A stretch of 59,940 nucleotides of DNA from a virus (IMGVR_UViG_3300027908_000028:1-59940); one strand, 5' to 3'; positions 1-9,637 are shown, numbered from the stretch's first letter. Made by a program: numbers and translations. The notes: generated from the sequence alone by a model not told the origin.

Positions 1-193
1 CACGTCGAGCATGCCGTGGACGAGATCTCGAAGGCCATCCGTCAGGATGTCGATGGCGAAGAGTTGGCCATCGCGGTGAAGGCGCTCCGCACCATCGCGA
101 ACTACGCCCATGCAGACAAGCGCTCCAAAGGGATCGCGCTTGCGGCTATCCGAAAGATGCGCCTCTCGCGCTGAGACGCGGCATCACGAGACC

Positions 194-364
194 ATGGCAA
201 AGGTCAAAGCGCGCACTCTCGAGGATTCGAGGCGCATCAGAGATGCCGAGAATGTTGTTATCTGGCGCGCACGCATGTTCATCAGGCGAGTCGAAGACGC
301 CTACCGTCTCGATCGCCTTAGAGAAGCCGTTGTCACCTACGAAAAGATGATCGAGGTCAGATGA
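194..364 (+). CDS. small hypothetical protein
   Basis: ORF 110..364; in-frame ATG at 194 lies 6 nt after GGCATCAC; stop overlaps next start (ATGA). Confidence 0.5.
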   Translation: MAKVKARTLEDSRRIRDAENVVIWRARMFIRRVEDAYRLDRLREAVVTYEKMIEVR

Positions 365-777
365 GTCTTTTGATCCACGAGTTCAGGCCTGTCGGCGAAG
401 GGAAGTCCTACGCGGAGATCCGTTCGGAGATCGCGTTCAAGGAAGCGGAGGAGCGCGGGTGCGTAGTCGTCGTGCCCAAGGCCAACGAACTCTTCGTCGA
501 CATCGACACGAAAGAGCAGTTCGACATGTTCACGCGGTGCCTCGAAGTCCTTCGCCGGACAGAGAAGTGCACTGCGACTTGGACGGAGTCACCTTCAGGC
601 GAGCCGCATCACTTTCACATGATCGTGAGTCTCGAGCGCGACGTGAAGGATCCACTCGAGCGCATCACGCTCCAGGCGTGTCTCGGATCCGATCCCATGC
701 GCGAGATGCTCTCTTGGCAACGCTACAAGTGCGGTGACAACGTGCCTACGCTCTTCTTCGAGAAAAAGCCCACCTGA
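361..777 (+). CDS. hypothetical protein
   Basis: 138 aa ORF, GC3-biased codons, coupled to upstream stop; FVDID and HFH motifs. Confidence 0.7.
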   Translation: MSLLIHEFRPVGEGKSYAEIRSEIAFKEAEERGCVVVVPKANELFVDIDTKEQFDMFTRCLEVLRRTEKCTATWTESPSGEPHHFHMIVSLERDVKDPLERITLQACLGSDPMREMLSWQRYKCGDNVPTLFFEKKPT

Positions 778-794
778 CGCGGCATCACTAGCCC

Positions 795-1031
795 ATGCCT
801 GTTGGACCCGGAAAGTACGATGACCTAGCCACCCTCGTTCGCAAGACGGTGCACGCCAAGCTCGCAGGCGTTCTCGTCATCGATGGCGACAAGGGGAGCG
901 GCTACTCAATGCACTTTGATGCGCCGTCGCCCGATCTGGAGATCCTCGAGATGATCCCCAAGTTGATGCGCAAGATGGCCGATGCACTCGAAGTCGACAT
1001 CGAAGAGATCCGAAAGGCACGCCCCAAGTGA
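795..1031 (+). CDS. hypothetical protein
   Basis: 78 aa ORF; stop overlaps the ATPase start (GTGA). Confidence 0.65.
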   Translation: MPVGPGKYDDLATLVRKTVHAKLAGVLVIDGDKGSGYSMHFDAPSPDLEILEMIPKLMRKMADALEVDIEEIRKARPK

Positions 1032-2683
1032 TCATCAACATCCCCGAAGCACTCGGGCAGGCGATCGGCACGAAGTTCTTCGTTCAGTTCGGTGTTTCGG
1101 ACAACGAGTGGACTTGGCGTGGCGGACAGGTGCTCAATATTGCCAAGTACTCCGACACGCAGATCAAGAAGCTTGAGGATGCGCTTCTCAAGCACGAGGG
1201 TCAGCGCGGCGCGAAGGTCGGTATTCGCGACATTCGGACCTGGAGAAGTGCCAAGACGAACGCCGGAGGTGCTAAGCCGCGCAACCTCAAAGGCTTCATC
1301 TCTCTACTGCGCGAGTACCTTCTCACGATCCCCGGTCCGCGTGTGTACGCCCGCAACGAAGACGAGATGTGGCTTGCGTACTACGTCGAAGAGATCGACT
1401 ACCACTCGGCGGACAAATACAGGACCGAGCGTGTGACGGTGGATCTCGTCTATGACACCATTCAAGGGCGCTACGAAAAGGTCGTCCAATTCTACAAGTC
1501 CGATCTGATCGGGTGCATCTCGGACATCCTTCTCGCCCGCGGTTACTACGTCGAGACCGACGAGCTTCGAGAGATCTACCTCGCAGAGCATGAGCGGCTC
1601 ATGGAGATCTTGCCGAGGATCGGTCGCCAGTGCTTTGCCACGGGAACAGGGATCGAAGATCTCGATGGCAGTAATGCGGATCGATATTGGTGGCGCGAGG
1701 TCAACAAGATCAACTTCGTGCGCGATGGGGAGTCCGCGCGTGTGGTCGTGGACGTGGCCTTCGAGGGCGTCGAGAAAAAAGACGCGTTCAAGCTCAACAC
1801 GACTTTCTGGAAGAGCGAGAACGAAGCCGACGAGGAGGATGACGAAGCCGACGAGGATCGCACTCCCAAGTGGATCGAGATCCCGGTTCATCCGTTCGTC
1901 CCTGTCTTCGATCTCAAGAAACACCTGCGGCTTCGCACGCACGTGGAGAACCTCACTCCGTACGTCTACGACGAGGAGATCTCGGAGAAGCTCGTTCTTC
2001 CAAACGAGATGAAGTCCCTCGTGCAGATGCTTGTTGAGCACAAGGATGCTGGCTTCAAGGACATCGTGCGAGGCAAGTCGGGTGGAGCCGTCGTGCTTCT
2101 CTGCGGACCCCCTGGAACCGGCAAGACGCTCACTGCGGAAGTCTTTGCAGAGAACGAGAAGCGCGCGCTCTACAGCGTGCAGTGCTCTCAGCTCGGAGTG
2201 ACAGCGGAAGATCTCGAGACGGAGCTACTCAAGGTCTTCACGCGCGCCAAGCGCTGGAACGCCGTCCTTCTACTCGACGAAGCGGACGTCTACGTCCACA
2301 AGCGCGGGCAGGACATGATCCAGAATGCGATCGTCGGAGTCTTCCTCCGTGTCCTCGAGTACCAAACAACCGTCATGTTCTTGACCACCAACCGTCCCGA
2401 TGACGTCGATGACGCCGTGGCTTCACGATGCCTCGCGCGCTTGACCTACGATCTCCCGAACAAGGAAGAGCAGTGGCGGATCTGGAAAGTGCTCGCGGCC
2501 AACATGGGAATCTTGGTCGATGAGTCGGTCAAGCGCGACATCGTGCAACAGCACAAGCTTTCGGGTCGCGATGTGAAGAACCTCCTGAAGCTCGCGATCC
2601 TCACGAGCAAAGGCAATCCGAAGATCACCGGCGAGCGAGTCCACTTCTCGATGCAGTTTCATCCCACCTTCGAGAAAGGGTGA
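1028..2683 (+). CDS. AAA+ ATPase with long N-terminal domain
   Basis: Walker A GPPGTGKT, Walker B LLLDEAD, sensor-1 FLTTNR, Arg-finger region DDAVASR, sensor-2 LSGRDVKN. Confidence 0.92.
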   Translation: MIINIPEALGQAIGTKFFVQFGVSDNEWTWRGGQVLNIAKYSDTQIKKLEDALLKHEGQRGAKVGIRDIRTWRSAKTNAGGAKPRNLKGFISLLREYLLTIPGPRVYARNEDEMWLAYYVEEIDYHSADKYRTERVTVDLVYDTIQGRYEKVVQFYKSDLIGCISDILLARGYYVETDELREIYLAEHERLMEILPRIGRQCFATGTGIEDLDGSNADRYWWREVNKINFVRDGESARVVVDVAFEGVEKKDAFKLNTTFWKSENEADEEDDEADEDRTPKWIEIPVHPFVPVFDLKKHLRLRTHVENLTPYVYDEEISEKLVLPNEMKSLVQMLVEHKDAGFKDIVRGKSGGAVVLLCGPPGTGKTLTAEVFAENEKRALYSVQCSQLGVTAEDLETELLKVFTRAKRWNAVLLLDEADVYVHKRGQDMIQNAIVGVFLRVLEYQTTVMFLTTNRPDDVDDAVASRCLARLTYDLPNKEEQWRIWKVLAANMGILVDESVKRDIVQQHKLSGRDVKNLLKLAILTSKGNPKITGERVHFSMQFHPTFEKG

Positions 2684-2696
2684 TAGGCTCTTCGAC

Positions 2697-3173
2697 ATGC
2701 CCCGTACCAACGTCGATCAGCTCGCGGACGAAGCTCTCTCGGCCTCCAAACAAGCGCGCATGACGCACGAGCCCGACGATCACAAGGTCGCAGCCGAGGC
2801 GCACAAGAAGGCCGCGCGCACGGCCGATGCTGCAGGGCGCCCTTCACTCGCGTCGTCGCACCTCCAGCAAGCCGCGTGTCACGATCGTGCGCTCAACGAT
2901 CCGGACTCACAAGAGTTCAAGAGCGAGGCCGCTCACATCGCGACCAAGCAAGCGAAGAAGACTGGGCTCGCCAAGGATCACAAGGCAGCGGCCGAGGCGC
3001 ATCAGGACGCAGCGTCCACCGCGGCCGACAACGGCGATCACAAGATGGCGCAGGACCATGCGCGTGCTGCATTCGGACATGAACAGGACTCGCGGGTAGC
3101 CGCTGCCAAGGAAGCGGTCCCCCCGCCCGTGCAGCCGTCTCTCGCGGCTCCGCCTGCCGCGCGCCTGCCGTGA
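2697..3173 (+). CDS. His/Ala-rich helical repeat protein
   Basis: two H-x6-H...H-x6-H units (DHKVAAEAHKKAA, DHKAAAEAHQDAA). Confidence 0.7.
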   Translation: MPRTNVDQLADEALSASKQARMTHEPDDHKVAAEAHKKAARTADAAGRPSLASSHLQQAACHDRALNDPDSQEFKSEAAHIATKQAKKTGLAKDHKAAAEAHQDAASTAADNGDHKMAQDHARAAFGHEQDSRVAAAKEAVPPPVQPSLAAPPAARLP

Positions 3174-3397
3174 ACGAAGACGCGATCCAGCGCAAGGCAG
3201 AGCGCAAGGCGAAGGCCAAGCTTCTTGCCATCGAGGATCGCATCACGGGGATGCTCGTCAGGCGCGGTGTGCCGTATCATGAACTCGATCACGTGAAGAT
3301 GCGGATCGCGGATCGCCTCAAGAAGCTCACCGCGGTAGGTGACATCAGCTGGCGCGACGTCGAGATCGTGACGAGTATTGTGCTCAAGGAGCAATGA
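3170..3397 (+). CDS. hypothetical protein
   Basis: 75 aa ORF coupled to neighbours. Confidence 0.6.
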   Translation: MNEDAIQRKAERKAKAKLLAIEDRITGMLVRRGVPYHELDHVKMRIADRLKKLTAVGDISWRDVEIVTSIVLKEQ

Positions 3398-3754
3398 ATG
3401 TCGTTCGATCCGTCCACGAATGCCGCGCAGATGCAGGCGCTCATCGCGCGCTGCGACTACGGCCAGTTCACGCTGACCATCACGTCAGGAGTCACGCTCC
3501 TCAACGCGGGTCACCCCTATCAGTCGATGTTCCCCGTCGCGCCGGGGATGGCGCTTTCGGCGATCTTCTGGAGTGGCACTTACCGAGGAGTGAGGCGCAC
3601 CGAGCCTCCGCTCATCATGCAGACTGCGCAGAGTGCACAAGGCCAAGCCGCGGTGCTCCAAGGTGCATCCAACTTGCTCGATCTCGCTGATCTCCACGCG
3701 AGCCAGCAAGGTGCCAACCCAAACACGTACGCACCGAGTGGACACGGTCCCTGA
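3398..3754 (+). CDS. hypothetical protein
   Basis: 118 aa ORF starting right after upstream stop. Confidence 0.6.
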   Translation: MSFDPSTNAAQMQALIARCDYGQFTLTITSGVTLLNAGHPYQSMFPVAPGMALSAIFWSGTYRGVRRTEPPLIMQTAQSAQGQAAVLQGASNLLDLADLHASQQGANPNTYAPSGHGP

Positions 3755-3767
3755 CTCACGATAGAAG

Positions 3768-4085
3768 ATGCATCCCGTGAGTCATTCCGACCAACGCGAG
3801 CGCGAAACGCTCGATGAGATCCTTGAAGGAGTCAAATCCATGTCCACTCAGCTCACCGCTCTCCAGGCGCAGGTTGCTCAGAACACCTCCGTCGAACAGT
3901 CCGCCGCGACTCTCATCAACGGACTCGCCTCGCAGCTCGCCGCTGCCATCGCCGCGCAGAACAACGGCGACACCGCGGCTCTCCCCGCGCTTCAGTCGGA
4001 GCTGGCTTCCAGTGCGACCGCGCTCGCAGCGGCCATCACGGCGAACACCCCCGCCGCTCCTCCCGCGCCTCCCGCCGGCTCCTGA
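3768..4085 (+). CDS. Ala-rich coiled-coil hypothetical protein (start may be ATG 3840)
   Basis: AAGGAG SD before ATG 3840; heptad pattern LTALQAQVAQNTSVEQSAATLINGL. Confidence 0.7.
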   Translation: MHPVSHSDQRERETLDEILEGVKSMSTQLTALQAQVAQNTSVEQSAATLINGLASQLAAAIAAQNNGDTAALPALQSELASSATALAAAITANTPAAPPAPPAGS

Positions 4086-4105
4086 TCACTTCAACATTGG
4101 GATTG

Positions 4106-4144
4106 AGCCCCGTTCCTTCTTTGAGGGGACGGGGTTTTCCTTTT
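4106..4144 (+). terminator. rho-independent terminator
   Basis: stem AGCCCCGTTCCTTC / GAGGGGACGGGGTT followed by TTCCTTTT, just after a stop codon. Confidence 0.85.
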
Positions 4145-4160
4145 ACGGCATCATGAGGAC

Positions 4161-4391
4161 ATGGCGGACGACGACAAGGAGGATGAGGATCTGGCGAACT
4201 GCATCGTCGATCGCATCGAGACCCGGCATCGTGATCCGGAGTGTCCGATCGGAAACATCATGCGCGAGATCCAGAAACAGCGTGCGCCTGCAGAGGCGTC
4301 GCGGAGTGGCCCGGCGCAAGTCGCGACTCCCGAGTACCGCAAGAACTGGACGTCGATCTTTGGCGCAAAGCAAGCGGTGGGGCAGGCGTGA
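4161..4391 (+). CDS. hypothetical protein
   Basis: 76 aa ORF, C-terminal YRKNWTSIFG. Confidence 0.6.
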   Translation: MADDDKEDEDLANCIVDRIETRHRDPECPIGNIMREIQKQRAPAEASRSGPAQVATPEYRKNWTSIFGAKQAVGQA

Positions 4392-4675
4392 TCGAGAACG
4401 ATGAAGCGATGGTCGGGATCTTGGATGCGATCCTCGATCCCGAGTCGTCCGGAGCTATCGTGTCCGCCGTCGTGCGTGAGGCGCGTACGCAGGGGGACTC
4501 GCGTCGTTTTCAGGTCAAGTCGGTCACGGTCACCCTGACCGGCGTAGCGATCAAACTTGGAAGCCAGTTCGGTCCATTGTCGGTGGCTCGAATGCGCGAG
4601 GCACGTGTGCTCTTCGGCGCGGTTGCCGCGGATGCTTACTTGCGAGCTACGACGAGAGAAGGATCGAAGCTATGA
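4388..4675 (+). CDS. hypothetical protein
   Basis: GTG overlapping upstream stop, within ORF 4241..4675. Confidence 0.55.
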   Translation: MIENDEAMVGILDAILDPESSGAIVSAVVREARTQGDSRRFQVKSVTVTLTGVAIKLGSQFGPLSVARMREARVLFGAVAADAYLRATTREGSKL

Positions 4676-5154
4676 AGCCGTGGTGGAAGTTCTGGGAAAA
4701 GTCGAAGCCGCGGTTGGAGTTTGCGCCGATCGACGCTGAGGTTCACGAGAAGATCATCCGGGATGTGCGAGCGCTTATAGATAGCGTCGAATCACTTCAG
4801 GCGCGCACGGCCGATCTGTCAGCGCGCGTCCCCTTCCTCGATCCAGACAACATGGCAGATGCACACGACACGCGTGGCGTAGCGGTGTTCATCAATGGTC
4901 TCTGGAGTCGACTCGAGTCGCTTCACAAGTTCGCTGGAAGCGATGCAGAGCGAGAGGCTTACTACGACGATCTGATCGTGCAATTCGGATCGCAGGTGAA
5001 CATTCTTCGGCGCAAGGCACTTGGACGGGTCAACCGTCAGACCGCGATGGTCCAGGTCAAGGGTACGGAGGAAGTGCATTCGCTCGATGATCCCTGCGTG
5101 CCTGTGATCAAGCTCGACACGCAGCAGGCCAAGAAGCGCGGCTACCATTGGTGA
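4672..5154 (+). CDS. hypothetical protein
   Basis: 160 aa ORF, ATGA coupling, N-terminal KPWWKFW. Confidence 0.65.
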   Translation: MKPWWKFWEKSKPRLEFAPIDAEVHEKIIRDVRALIDSVESLQARTADLSARVPFLDPDNMADAHDTRGVAVFINGLWSRLESLHKFAGSDAEREAYYDDLIVQFGSQVNILRRKALGRVNRQTAMVQVKGTEEVHSLDDPCVPVIKLDTQQAKKRGYHW

Positions 5155-5156
5155 TT

Positions 5157-5178
5157 GACCGAAAGTCGACTTTCGGTC
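5157..5178. repeat. 22-bp palindrome copy 1 (perfect)
   Basis: GACCGAAAGTCGACTTTCGGTC, intergenic. Confidence 0.97.
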
Positions 5179-5190
5179 ACGGTCAATCCC

Positions 5191-5550
5191 ATGGGAATTC
5201 AGCTCTGTCCGCACAAGACAAACCCCCTGGCATGTCCGATGTGTTTTCGGAACAAGCCTCCTGAGGTCAAGCCTCCCCCTGCCCATCCTGGCGTGCGTCC
5301 TGGCATCCCCTTGGCCCCCGTCATGGCCGTTGGAGAGGCGACCATGCGCGCTACGCAGGCGCGTGCCATGGCAGCTCAACCCGCAGCAGTCGCCAACGGT
5401 CGAACCTTCAAAGAGCCGTTCAACAGCGGCCATCACTCGCCCCCGCCGGAAGCGTTCAACAGCGAGAAAGTGTGGGAGCCACCCAATCGCAAAGAGCTGA
5501 TCGATCTTCAGCCCAGGCATCCGCACATCGACAAGAGCATCATGAAGTGA
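5191..5550 (+). CDS. Pro-rich hypothetical protein with N-terminal Cys/His cluster
   Basis: CPH...CPMC possible Zn site; ATG 5191 within ORF 5155..5550. Confidence 0.6.
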   Translation: MGIQLCPHKTNPLACPMCFRNKPPEVKPPPAHPGVRPGIPLAPVMAVGEATMRATQARAMAAQPAAVANGRTFKEPFNSGHHSPPPEAFNSEKVWEPPNRKELIDLQPRHPHIDKSIMK

Positions 5551-5978
5551 AGAACCTCTCTCGTCGCCGACTCGTCCCGTATCCTCCGAGGTTCTTCGAG
5601 CTGACGGATGAAGAGACGACGCTTTTCAAAGAGTGCTGGGCCAACACGCGCGGCAACTTCGAACTCGAGGCGTTCCACACCAACTCGCTCCGCGCGAAGG
5701 GCAACGAGTCGCTAGGCGGCTTCCTTGCTCCCACGCGATGGCCCGGACAAGCGATCGGGTGGAGTGGGCTTCTCTTTCCCAAGAAGCTCTTTCTACCGCT
5801 CGACGAGATCGGCAACAGCAAGCTCGAGATCGAAGCCGCTCCCGTGCGCTCTTACCAATTCATTGTCGTGGTTCGACCTGAAGACGCTTCTCGAGCGCTG
5901 ACCGCGATCTTGCGGCATGCCGTGAAAACACTTCGTCTCGCTGAGGTGAATGCTTCTTCGGCAGGATTGATGATCTGA
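5547..5978 (+). CDS. hypothetical protein
   Basis: GTGA coupling within ORF 5472..5978. Confidence 0.55.
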   Translation: MKNLSRRRLVPYPPRFFELTDEETTLFKECWANTRGNFELEAFHTNSLRAKGNESLGGFLAPTRWPGQAIGWSGLLFPKKLFLPLDEIGNSKLEIEAAPVRSYQFIVVVRPEDASRALTAILRHAVKTLRLAEVNASSAGLMI

Positions 5979-5994
5979 CGGCATCACTCATGTC

Positions 5995-6555
5995 GTGACG
6001 ATCAAAGTCTTGCTCGAAGTCGATAGCCGAGGGCAGATCACCATCGGCACACCCGCGTACGAAGTCGTTTCGGACGGGAGAGACGCACCCCTCGCACGCT
6101 TCGACCTCTCACTCGAAGACTTGGAGTACATCGTCACGCACGGGGCAGGTCTGCTCGGCAAGACGGTTGCAGAAGACTTCGATTCATCCAAGCTCCCCAC
6201 CCACGAACAGCTTGTGGATGCAGCCGATCAATCCTCGAAGGGGCATCCCTTCGAGCACCTTCTAGGCTTCCCTCGCTTCCTGCAAACGCTAGCCACCCTT
6301 CGCTCGTACATCGCGTGGCTTCCCATGTCTCATCAGCATTCCGTGAAGCTCGAAGTCGACTTTCTCGAGCGACGGGTGGAGGAGCTGGCGCACATCCGAC
6401 AGTTCGTCGCGAGCTTGAAGAAATTCGGACTTGAGCAGATGCGTCCGGATACGTCTGCGCAGATGTTCTATGAGGCGACCATGTTCGTGCGACACTTGAA
6501 CGAACTTGTCGGGATCGATCTCTGGGACGATTACGCCGAAACCACATGGAGATGA
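5995..6555 (+). CDS. hypothetical protein
   Basis: 186 aa ORF; GGCATCAC 7 nt upstream. Confidence 0.65.
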   Translation: MTIKVLLEVDSRGQITIGTPAYEVVSDGRDAPLARFDLSLEDLEYIVTHGAGLLGKTVAEDFDSSKLPTHEQLVDAADQSSKGHPFEHLLGFPRFLQTLATLRSYIAWLPMSHQHSVKLEVDFLERRVEELAHIRQFVASLKKFGLEQMRPDTSAQMFYEATMFVRHLNELVGIDLWDDYAETTWR

Positions 6556-6561
6556 ACTGCG

Positions 6562-6876
6562 ATGGTCGAGATACCCGTAGGCAAACCGGACGACGAAGAG
6601 CGCGTGGAGCGCGCCGTCGAAGCGCTCAAGAAGGGCAGTGGGCGACGGTACGAGGAGATCATGTCCAAAGCCGGCAAGTTCCTCGCCGAGATCAACGCTA
6701 ACCTTCAGAAAGAGATGGTCTACGAGACCGAAGAGGGACGCATCCTCGAGTCACCTGAGCACATCATGGCGATGATGCTCGCGGGCAAGACTCTCCGGCC
6801 GATTGCGCGTCCCGAAGAGAAGCCACTCGTCGTCACCAAGGGACCGATACTCATTCAGGGAGAGAAAAAGCCATGA
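6562..6876 (+). CDS. hypothetical protein
   Basis: 104 aa ORF in the same gene run. Confidence 0.65.
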   Translation: MVEIPVGKPDDEERVERAVEALKKGSGRRYEEIMSKAGKFLAEINANLQKEMVYETEEGRILESPEHIMAMMLAGKTLRPIARPEEKPLVVTKGPILIQGEKKP

Positions 6877-7382
6877 CGTGGGATCTCGATCAGCTGCAGG
6901 AAGAGCACAAGCCTTGGGTAGCGCACAACTTCGGAGATCGTCCGTCGTGGATGCCGCTTCTTGGACTCGTCGAAGAGACGTGCGACGAGCTGTACACTGC
7001 GATCAAGAAGCCGGATGTCGCGGAGATCAAAGACGCCGCTGCGGATATCGTGATCTTCATGAGCGATTTCTGTACGGCAATGGGCTTTCGCCTTCAGTCG
7101 CTATATGACGCCGCGGTGCGAACGATGGAGTACGAACTCCAATCGCGTAGTATTTGCATCGGTCGTCTTGCACATGCCTACCTGAAGAAGGCGCAGGGTA
7201 TTCGTGGTGATCCCGCGATGCACGACGCGTCCATGCGCACGTCGCTCGAGAACATCTTGCGACATTGCCTCGTCATCGCAGGTGTCAACAACTTCGATCT
7301 TCTCGAGACCGTCCAGGCGACCTGGGAGCAAGTTCGTAAACGCGACTTCGTGCTCTACCCGAAGACAGGTCTACCCTCGTGA
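6873..7382 (+). CDS. MazG-like all-alpha NTP pyrophosphohydrolase
   Basis: LQ..HKPWVAHNFG, LGLVEETCDEL, EIKDAAADIVIF acidic metal-binding pattern, C-terminal WEQVRKRD. Confidence 0.75.
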   Translation: MTWDLDQLQEEHKPWVAHNFGDRPSWMPLLGLVEETCDELYTAIKKPDVAEIKDAAADIVIFMSDFCTAMGFRLQSLYDAAVRTMEYELQSRSICIGRLAHAYLKKAQGIRGDPAMHDASMRTSLENILRHCLVIAGVNNFDLLETVQATWEQVRKRDFVLYPKTGLPS

Positions 7383-7675
7383 AAACGACTCGGACGGACT
7401 TGGAGCTGATGACCAAGCTCCTCGAGTATGACGATCTGAGTCGGGGATGCCGCGAGGCCTTCGAGCGGTGGCACGAGGAGCTGACGACGAGGACACGTCG
7501 ACTCCTCACACCCAAGCAACGATCATGGGCAGAGGACGAACTCGACAAGCGCGCACCCGTGTACAAGAACCTCGTGAGCAATGGCATGTGTCCGATCGGC
7601 CGTCCGGTCATCACACCGGACGTGCTTCGTCCTGAGAACCTACCGAAGAAGCCTCCGACTCGGCGCGCGTCCTGA
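7379..7675 (+). CDS. hypothetical protein
   Basis: 98 aa ORF, GTGA coupling, LTPKQRSW motif. Confidence 0.6.
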   Translation: MKTTRTDLELMTKLLEYDDLSRGCREAFERWHEELTTRTRRLLTPKQRSWAEDELDKRAPVYKNLVSNGMCPIGRPVITPDVLRPENLPKKPPTRRAS

Positions 7676-7910
7676 TCGAAAGGGCTCGTGAAGTCGATCG
7701 AAGTGTGGTGCTGTGAATCGATGTTGTTTTCAACTTCTCTGATTCGCGAGCCATGGGAATCTGATGCCGAAATCGATCGTAAGGTGCGAGAGATCAATGC
7801 GCGACTTGCGGAGAGAGCATCGGAGCCAGATCTAGAAAGTTTGCATCCACTTCATCCACGCCGTGTCCGTTTGGCTGGGAGTAAGGCTGGCAAAGTGTTC
7901 TAGCGAACGG

Positions 7911-7939
7911 TTGTTCGTCGGAATGTTGGGTGATACGTT
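7911..7939 (+). promoter_or_regulatory. sigma70-like promoter, probably leaderless
   Basis: TTGTTC-N17-TACGTT with TGn extension; GTG start 6 nt downstream, no SD. Confidence 0.6.
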
Positions 7940-7945
7940 CTTGGC

Positions 7946-8320
7946 GTGCCCACCAGCAAGTCAAGTTCGACGCATAGCAACGGATCGTCCGGCTCTCATG
8001 AGTCACCTGATCCCCTTGACGACGCGCGCGACGTTGCGGAAGCGGCAACGCTGAAAGCGCAAGCCGCGCAAACGCCCGAGGCTCACAAGGCAGCGGCCGA
8101 CGCGCACAACAAGGCAGCGAAGGAGGCGCTTGCGCAGGGGCACGATCGTCGTGCGAAGAAGCACGAGGCCATGGCGGACTTTCACCGCGGGCAGGCCTCG
8201 AGCGCGTCGTCTGCGGGGTCGACAAGCACCGGCTCTTCGAGTGAGAGCACACCTGTGCCCGACGAGGAGACTTCTCCGAACGCCGATCCGCTTTTGTCTT
8301 GGGTCAATTCGAGAACGTAG
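7946..8320 (+). CDS. Ser-rich His-heptad protein with C-terminal DPLLSWVNSR tag
   Basis: AHKAAADAHNKAA...KHEAMADFH; low-complexity flanks. Confidence 0.65.
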   Translation: MPTSKSSSTHSNGSSGSHESPDPLDDARDVAEAATLKAQAAQTPEAHKAAADAHNKAAKEALAQGHDRRAKKHEAMADFHRGQASSASSAGSTSTGSSSESTPVPDEETSPNADPLLSWVNSRT

Positions 8321-8323
8321 GCC

Positions 8324-9025
8324 ATGGCGTTCAACGAAGATGATCACCCGCGCGACCGCGGGAAGTTCACGACGGTCGGTGGCTCGACGCACACGAGCAA
8401 CGCCACGCGTGCAGCGCAGCAAGCGTCCAAGGATGCGCGCGCAAAGGCTCCCGTAGGGCAGGCATCCGCGCATGAGCATGCGGAGCACGCCACGGCCCAC
8501 AATGCCGCTGCAGAGGCCCACAAGGCCGCTGCAGACGTCCATCGCAAGGCAGCGGCCAGGGAGGCCGATCCCTCTCGCCGGAGCCAGCATCAGGCCAATG
8601 CGGCGTCGCACGAGGCCAAGGCGACAGACCACGCCAAACAGTCCTCAAGTGCGAACACCAAGGCAGGGGAGGCTAGTGCCACGGCACGCGGCATCGGCGC
8701 GTGGGTGAACTCCAAGGTGGGGAGCGGCGCGCGCTCTGCCGCTGAAGCGTTCCATGCAACCGCTGAGAAGGTCAGTGAGCGCGGTAAGGAAGTTACCGAG
8801 AAGATGATCGAGGGCAATCCTCTCACACTCCCTCTAGACGCGGCGAAGGTCGGCGGAGGATCGCTCAGCGGAGGCCTTCACAAGGTCATTGGTGGAGGGG
8901 AACACGAGCACGGACGCGAAGGTGGAGGAGAGCACGCGCACGAGCATGGCGGATTGCATGAGCGCGAGGCCCATGGTGGTGGCTACCACGATGATGAGCG
9001 TGACGACGAAGGCGGAGTCGAGTGA
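8324..9025 (+). CDS. His/Ala-rich protein with N-terminal HPRDRGKF motif
   Basis: His-heptad repeats, His/Gly-rich tail. Confidence 0.7.
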   Translation: MAFNEDDHPRDRGKFTTVGGSTHTSNATRAAQQASKDARAKAPVGQASAHEHAEHATAHNAAAEAHKAAADVHRKAAAREADPSRRSQHQANAASHEAKATDHAKQSSSANTKAGEASATARGIGAWVNSKVGSGARSAAEAFHATAEKVSERGKEVTEKMIEGNPLTLPLDAAKVGGGSLSGGLHKVIGGGEHEHGREGGGEHAHEHGGLHEREAHGGGYHDDERDDEGGVE

Positions 9026-9483
9026 TGGAAGGTCTTTCGTCCTGGACTGACGCGAACGCTCCTCATCGCCAAGAGGCCAAGGAGAAGATTGAAAGCCTGC
9101 CGATGTCTTCCACGGCACACGGCAAGGCAGTCCCCTTCCCCTTCGCGGACAAGACGGAATACAAGAAGGACTTCTCCAACTCCGAGATCAATCAGGCGAT
9201 CACCAACGCTCCCAAGCGCACGATCGCCATCGACGGACTCCACGCGATCCAACACTCTGTCAAAGAGAGCCGCGTCAAGGACTACATCGACTGTCCGAAC
9301 GAGGTTCCCGAAGGACAGCGGCATCCCGTGCACCGCGGCGTGATCGATACGCCGATCGTGATCAGCTACAAGAGCAAGCGCTACATTCACGACGGGCATC
9401 ATCGTCTGACGGGCATGAAGCTCGCGGGCAAGAAGGATGCACTCGTGCGCTACGTGGATCTCGACAACGTGAAGAAGGTCTGA
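9022..9483 (+). CDS. ParB/sulfiredoxin N-terminal-like domain protein
   Basis: PIVI...YIHDGHHRL motif, upstream LHAIQ; no obvious HTH. Confidence 0.75.
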   Translation: MMEGLSSWTDANAPHRQEAKEKIESLPMSSTAHGKAVPFPFADKTEYKKDFSNSEINQAITNAPKRTIAIDGLHAIQHSVKESRVKDYIDCPNEVPEGQRHPVHRGVIDTPIVISYKSKRYIHDGHHRLTGMKLAGKKDALVRYVDLDNVKKV

Positions 9484-9637
9484 ACTCTCATGCCGAGCGA
9501 TACCATCCCGTGCCCACGGCCGGACTTTGATGTCTCTGACGATCCGGACCGTACATCGGAAATCGTTTTCGACAGTCCTCCGTCAGGGACGGCATTACTT
9601 CGGGAGTTCGAGATTGATCTTGCCTCGGAGCACCTTG

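Noticed and set aside
7688-7903. 71-aa ORF between accessory genes
   Set aside because: Atypical codon usage and no motif; may be real but I cannot support it
1028-9483. ParABS system made of the ATPase, ParB-N protein and palindromes
   Set aside because: The ATPase has classical AAA motifs, not the deviant ParA Walker A (KGGxGKT), and the ParB-like protein has no visible HTH; kept only as a remote possibility
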